A stretch of DNA of 64,000 nt from NCBI GenBank assembly GCA_965287045.1, contig OZ336876.1, positions 49,972,001-50,036,000 of the forward strand, given 5' to 3'. Shown piece after piece: positions 58,651 through 64,000 of this stretch; within the stretch, counting starts at the first letter, position 1, and the number at the start of each line of letters is the position of its first letter. The notes under the pieces were generated by a model that did no database searches, was not told where the DNA came from, and saw nothing but the letters and a program-made list of their open reading frames with translations. Source of the stretch: Carcharhinus amblyrhynchos (taxonomy: Eukaryota). Position numbers and translations under genes: made by a program.

Positions 58651-59710
58651 TGAATGATCAACATATGTTAATACACCTCTCTCAATGGGGTCAGTGCGCA
58701 CACAGCCTAAAGAATTGCAGTGATAGGCAGAGGTTGACAGATTGGAGCCGGCTTCCCAATCCCACTGTCAATTTTCTTTCTTTTAACCCTCATCAAACCC
58801 AAGTGTTCCTTCAGAACAAAATTCCCCCAGAGTGTTCCTCCTCTATTCCACTGCCCCTTCATGTAACTATTTTTATCTGCAGCCCTGGGACCAAATACTT
58901 TATGGCCATGACATCAGAACAAGTCAAAGAAACTATGGTCTTGAAACTAAATGGCACCATAATCTTTTTATGGTGGTTAATCATCTTACTGCTAAGAGTG
59001 GTTAACTGTATGACTTAAATAACATTTAGCTATCTTTAAAGCACACTAAATTAGAATTTGTATTTTAACTACAGGGTAAATTACTAGCTGTCCAAAATCA
59101 GTACCATTTATCTATGCATTTTTGTCATTCTCAGCCACGTAAATTAGCAACGTTGCAAACTATAGGAGCTTGTGTAGTAACAGTTGATTGCTTTTAAGTA
59201 CTAAACTGTATCTGTCTTTCTTCAGCTTACTTGGAGACCATTCCTAACTCTAACATTAAAGGCAAAATTGAAAATTACAGTGCATTCTATCATGCAACAT
59301 GACCAGCAGCTGATGATGTTATTGGAAAACGTTCAGCTTGGTTTCAGGTTGGAATTGTTTTGTATCAGAGATGACTGCCATGTGCGCACTCTTTTCCTAC
59401 TCTGCCAAGTTTAATTGTAAAATAAAACAAAATCACACACTACGAAGATGAACCCGATGATCAATAAACCAGAACATTAGGGAGTGCTCTCCAACCCCAA
59501 CAAAAATATTGAACCTGGCCCCAGTCCTTGTGCCAAATCCTGATCCAAAACTGAAATAAATGCTGTTACTCGCAACACTCGTACCGGTCTACAACACTGC
59601 TCCTTTTCACAATTTACCTGATGATTGTTGATTTATGTACAAAAAGTTCAACATATACTGTGGAAGTTTTCACTCGCATCTTAAAAGGTCACCAAATAAT
59701 TGTGAATAAG

Positions 59711-60068
59711 GCAGCATGGTAGCATAGTGGGGGTGGCATGGTAGCATAGTGGTTAGCACTGCTGCTTCACAGCTCCAGGGACCTGGGTTCGATTCCCAGC
59801 TCGGGTCACTGTCTGTGTGGAGTTTGCACATTCCCCCCGTGTCTGCGTGGGTTTCCTCCAGGTGCTCGGTTTCCTCCCACAGTCCAAAGATTTGCGGGTT
59901 AGGTGGATTGGCCAAGCTAAATTGCCCCTTAGTGTCCCGGGATGCATAGGTTAGAGGAATTAGTGGGTAAATATGTAGGGTTACGGGGATAGGGCCTGGG
60001 TGGGATTGTTGTCGGTGCAGACTCGATGGGCCGAATGGCCTCTTTCTGCACTATAGGGTTTCTATGGT
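59711..60068 (+). mobile_element. HE1-type V-SINE, relatively young, with a duplicated 5' head
   Basis: CpG-rich consensus-like body; gcatggtagcatagtgg occurs twice at the 5' end. Confidence 0.9.
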
Positions 60069-61539
60069 TTTAAGTAACAACATGTAGAGCCCATGAGAGA
60101 ATCTCCATGAAATGTAGGCCTATTTCACTACACCTAGTGAATGATCTGAATCTATGCAAGTTTGGACAGTTGCTACCTTTTCCAATAGGCAAAGGCCAAC
60201 AACATACTGAGCTCAAAACCTTCCTTTAAAATCAAGCACCACAGTTAACCAAACAATCCCCATACCTGAACGCATGTAAACATTGGTCTTGGCAATGCAC
60301 ACTGTAGATGCATGGAAAATAGAGCTTTGCTTTATTAGCTGTCATTGGCAAATTAATAATCTTTGATCATATCAAACTTGTAAGCACAATAAATGCTTTT
60401 TAACAAATGTATGTAACAGTTATCCACACTAAATATTTTAATTCACAACTGATAACTGGGAGTAACAAATTCTTTTAAATACTGTTGCAAAGTAGATAAT
60501 TAATACCCAGCCGTCCAAAAATAAATCGTAATTCCATGTATAAGAATTTCCTTCAGGACTATTTTTTTCAGCAAGGAAATGTACAAACAGTTAGCGAGTC
60601 CCTTAGGATACTGATCATCCAACAGTTCAATTCTATAGGGTCCTTTATGACAATATAAACTCAGCAGTAGTTTAGTGTGACAGAACACAAGGGGACCTTG
60701 ATATGTAATTTTGAAATATTACATGACTTTTACCATTATAGAAATTACATATTTTTAATAAAACAGTGCCTCAAAAATGTGTTTCCATTAAATTATGTTA
60801 ATATGGGTGAGCCAGCTCCTATGAAGAATAAAATGCAGTCAGATGTTCAAAACATGGCTATTCCTAAAAGTTACCTGCATCAGAGAAAGGAAAACATGTG
60901 GAACCCAATCAATTCCATTTTAGTTTTAATCAAAGAAGAAATGGACAGAATCGAAAACCATCAGCACAGCACCCAGTACCAAACCATGCTCACTCACTGG
61001 CTACTCACATCAGATGCCATTAAATCATTCTATTCAGAGCCAAAACAGGCTGACAACTGGGACAAGCAGAGGCCTTTATGATCTAAATGTTACTGCACTC
61101 AGGGCAAGGGCACTAGAAGAAATACAACTGAAGATCATACTTTATAAAGATCTTTAAAATTTTCCTTAGTTTCAAATTTTGGACGATCTGTGTTCTCAGA
61201 TTAAATAAAAGATTTGAAAAAATGAAATATAGAATTTAAGTTAAAAGAAATAAATCTACACTACAGTTTCTTTGACTACCTTTTATCTCAGGGATAACAA
61301 CTTGTTCTAATTCCAATGTAATAATCCATCAATATCTGGATGACAACAAATAATGGAATAACAATAAGGTCAGAGCGAACTGCACCCTGTCAACTCCTCT
61401 CCCTTACAGCCTGGAACATGCCAACTATTAGAAAATCAGAGAGGCGCAGTTTTGGTAGGATTCAGTGATTCCAGTATTGTCTGCACAGGCTTCTTGAACT
61501 TTTTCTCATCTTATATCAACAGGGTCCAGTAAGTTTTTC

Positions 61540-62575
61540 CATCTATCACAACACTAGTTTCCATATGTATGTTGACGACACCAAACTCTGCTTCAGCATC
61601 ACCTCTCTAAACCTTTTGAGTACGTGGGACTTAATAGGATTGAGGGTTATAGGTAAGCCTAGTAGGTAGGAATATGATCGGCGCAACTTGTGGGCCAAAG
61701 GGCTTGTTTGTGCTGTAGTTTTTCTATCCAAACTCCAGTACTGAAAGAGCAGAAATTTCCTTTTATTTGGGAAGACAGAAGCGACTCCTCCCACCCACCC
61801 ACAAAATCCACTCCATTGCCACCAATTCCACCCCTCTGCCAGGCAACTATCTGAGGCTGAACCAGGTTTTTTGCAACCTCAGAGTCACAACTCATCTTGA
61901 GGCAAGCTTCTGACCATATCCGCATCATCAGTAAGGCTGCCTATTTCTAACTCCACAACATTACTGGCCTTCACCCTGCCTCAGCTGCTGCTGCTGATAT
62001 CTTCATCTATGTCTTTGTTAACTTCAGATTAGATTATGCCAATGCAATCCAGGCGGCACTCTCACTTTCCGCACTCTGTGAACTTGAGGTCACCCAAAAC
62101 TCTGCTGTTTATATCCTAACTTGCACAAAATGCTGTTCACCCATGCTTACTGACCTACATTGGCTCCTGGTTAAACAATGTTTCAATTTTAAAATTTTAA
62201 TCCTGTTTTAGAATCCCTCCATCACCTTGTCCTGCCCAATGTCTGTGAACTCCCCCAGCCCTACAACCCTTCAAAATTAGTGCATTCCTTTAATTCTAGC
62301 CTCTTGAATATCCCTGTTTTAATAGTTTCACCATTCATTGCAATGCTTTCAGTTGCTAAGGCCCTAAACTCTGGAATTCCCTCCCTAAGCCTCCCTGCCA
62401 CTTTAGCTCATTTAAGACTCTCCTTAAAAACTAACCTCTTTGACTAAGCTTTTGGTCATTGGTCCTAATATCTCCTTTTGTGACACTATGCCAAACTTTA
62501 TTTGATGGTACCTCTGTAAAGTGCCCTGTGACAATTTATTACATTAGCAATGGTATACAAATACAGGTTGTTGTC
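61540..62575 (+). mobile_element. L2-like LINE (RT YxDD to 3' tail) with a CR1 3'-end insertion at about 61610-61727
   Basis: FHMYVDDTKL, FVNFRLDYAN, QNSAV, PMLTDLHWL and LWNSLP motifs. Confidence 0.8.
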
Positions 62576-62696
62576 TTTCTTATTACCAGCCAAAGCACAG
62601 AAAACCTGAACCACAAATTACTTGTAAGAGAACAATTCCACAGGACAAATACTTAACCAATTCCTCTACCATTACTTAAAAAAAACTTCAAAGGTT

Positions 62697-62824
62697 GGGT
62701 GGGATTTTCTAGCTCTGCCTAATGTCAGGATCATCCAGTGCTGTTTAAAAGCAATGGACTTTTGTCTGAATCTCTGCGTCCTCTGTGGTGGGTCCTGACA
62801 AGGTGCGGCCAGAAAATCCTGGCT
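62697..62824. mobile_element. About 130-bp MITE
   Basis: gggtgggattttct / agaaaatcctggct termini. Confidence 0.6.
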
Positions 62825-63119
62825 ATTGTCTCTTCTGAGTACTATGCTTCAACCACCGAGAGCTCCATACCCTCCCAGCAATATTGCACCTTTGATAAAA
62901 TCTGCGACTTGTTCAAGCGGGCCAATATTTTCCCAAATCTGTTTTTATTGCTTTTGCCTCTTTTCTATCGCTATTGTCTCTAATTGTGGGAACGGGCATA
63001 GCTGTAGATATAATCCTACTTAAATTTGTTAATAGCAGTTTCGATGCAGCAAAGGAACTGTCCACAATTAAGATAATATGCTCATCTTTCAAGGACAGGA
63101 CTTTCAGACAACCCAAGAG

Positions 63120-63585
63120 GTATCAAAGCTAGGTATCGCTCCTGCTCTGACCAAGACTGCAAGAAACTACAAAGGGTTGTGAATGTAGCCCTGTCCATCA
63201 CACAAATCAGCCTTTTATTCGTTGACTCCGTCTCCACTTCCTGCTACCTTAGAAAAGCAGCCAGCATATTAAAGGCCCCACGCACCCCAGATATACTCTC
63301 TTCCCCCTTTTTCCATCAGGAAAAGGATGTAATAGTCTGAGATCACATACCAACTGATTCAAGAACAGCTTCTTCCCTGCTGCCATCAGACTTTTGAGTG
63401 GACCTACCATATATTAACTTGTTCTTTCACAACAACCTAGGTATGCCTGTAACACCAGATCCTGTCATCTCTCCTTTCCTTCTCCCCTATGTACTCTATA
63501 AATGGTATGCTCTGCTTGTAGAACAAGAAACAATACTTTTCGCTGTATACCAATATATGTCACAATATTAAATCAGATCAAATAA
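63120..63585 (+). mobile_element. Rex1/Babar-like LINE 3' fragment
   Basis: DCKKLQRVVNVA, KAASILKAPTHP-like and FKNSFFPAAIRLL motifs; tail ttttcgctgtat..atgtcacaat. Confidence 0.75.
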
Positions 63586-64000
63586 AAAAAAGATGGTGTA
63601 ACCACAATTCCAGCCTCTTTGAGTGCAAAGATACTGCTATTTTCTCCTCAATCACCTTATCCCTAAACCTATATCACTGTCACAGACAGAAACAATATCC
63701 AAATTTGCGTTGTAACTCGGTGTAAAAGACACTTCTAATCAACTTTGAAGAACTCTCAAGCAAAATGTGTGTTTTGGTTTGCCTAACAAGCATTTCAGCT
63801 AGTGCTTGCATGAGTAAGGAAGAAAAACGTGCATTTTTATAGCACCTTAAATAGCCTCAGGACATTCCAAAGTACTTTACGGCCAATGAACAGAAATGAT
63901 GTAACACCAAATTTGTTTAATTCTGCTACTAATCAAAACAACATGGTCTGGATTTAATGGCTGGGAGTGTTTTCAGCAGCATGGAGGCACATAAAGGCTA

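Noticed and set aside
60507-60642. Open minus frame GPYRIELLDDQYPKGLANC.. as an exon
   Set aside because: Weak splice sites, phase 1-2 incompatible with exon 7, and no known motif.

Overview
Eukaryotic (vertebrate) genomic DNA, almost certainly from an elasmobranch (shark), judging by abundant HE1-type V-SINEs, CR1/HER1-like LINEs, a Deu-domain SINE and Penelope-like remnants. The only supportable protein-coding gene is DNMT3A on the minus strand. Seven consecutive exons can be read with canonical AG/GT boundaries and compatible phases, equivalent to human exons 7-13: 28115-28324, 20854-21012, 18996-19103, 17678-17834, 11356-11502, 7686-7730 and 7515-7594. They cover the N-terminal linker, the PWWP domain and the start of the ADD zinc finger. 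The rest of the ADD and the catalytic domain were not found and should lie left of base 1. No exon-6 equivalent was found in the 35 kb upstream of exon 7. Nearly all other ORFs in the track are decayed transposon fragments (CR1, L2, RTE, Rex1/Babar, Penelope-like, Gypsy, Harbinger) or chance ORFs. I found no convincing new multi-gene system. The best leads are candidate internal promoter and 5' exons for a DNMT3A2-like short isoform, hammerhead-ribozyme cores in Penelope-derived repeats (one a TSD-flanked palindromic mini-element), and several fold-back or templated-insertion scars. Comparisons with human DNMT3A and repeat consensi are from memory, not database searches, and transposon boundaries are approximate.
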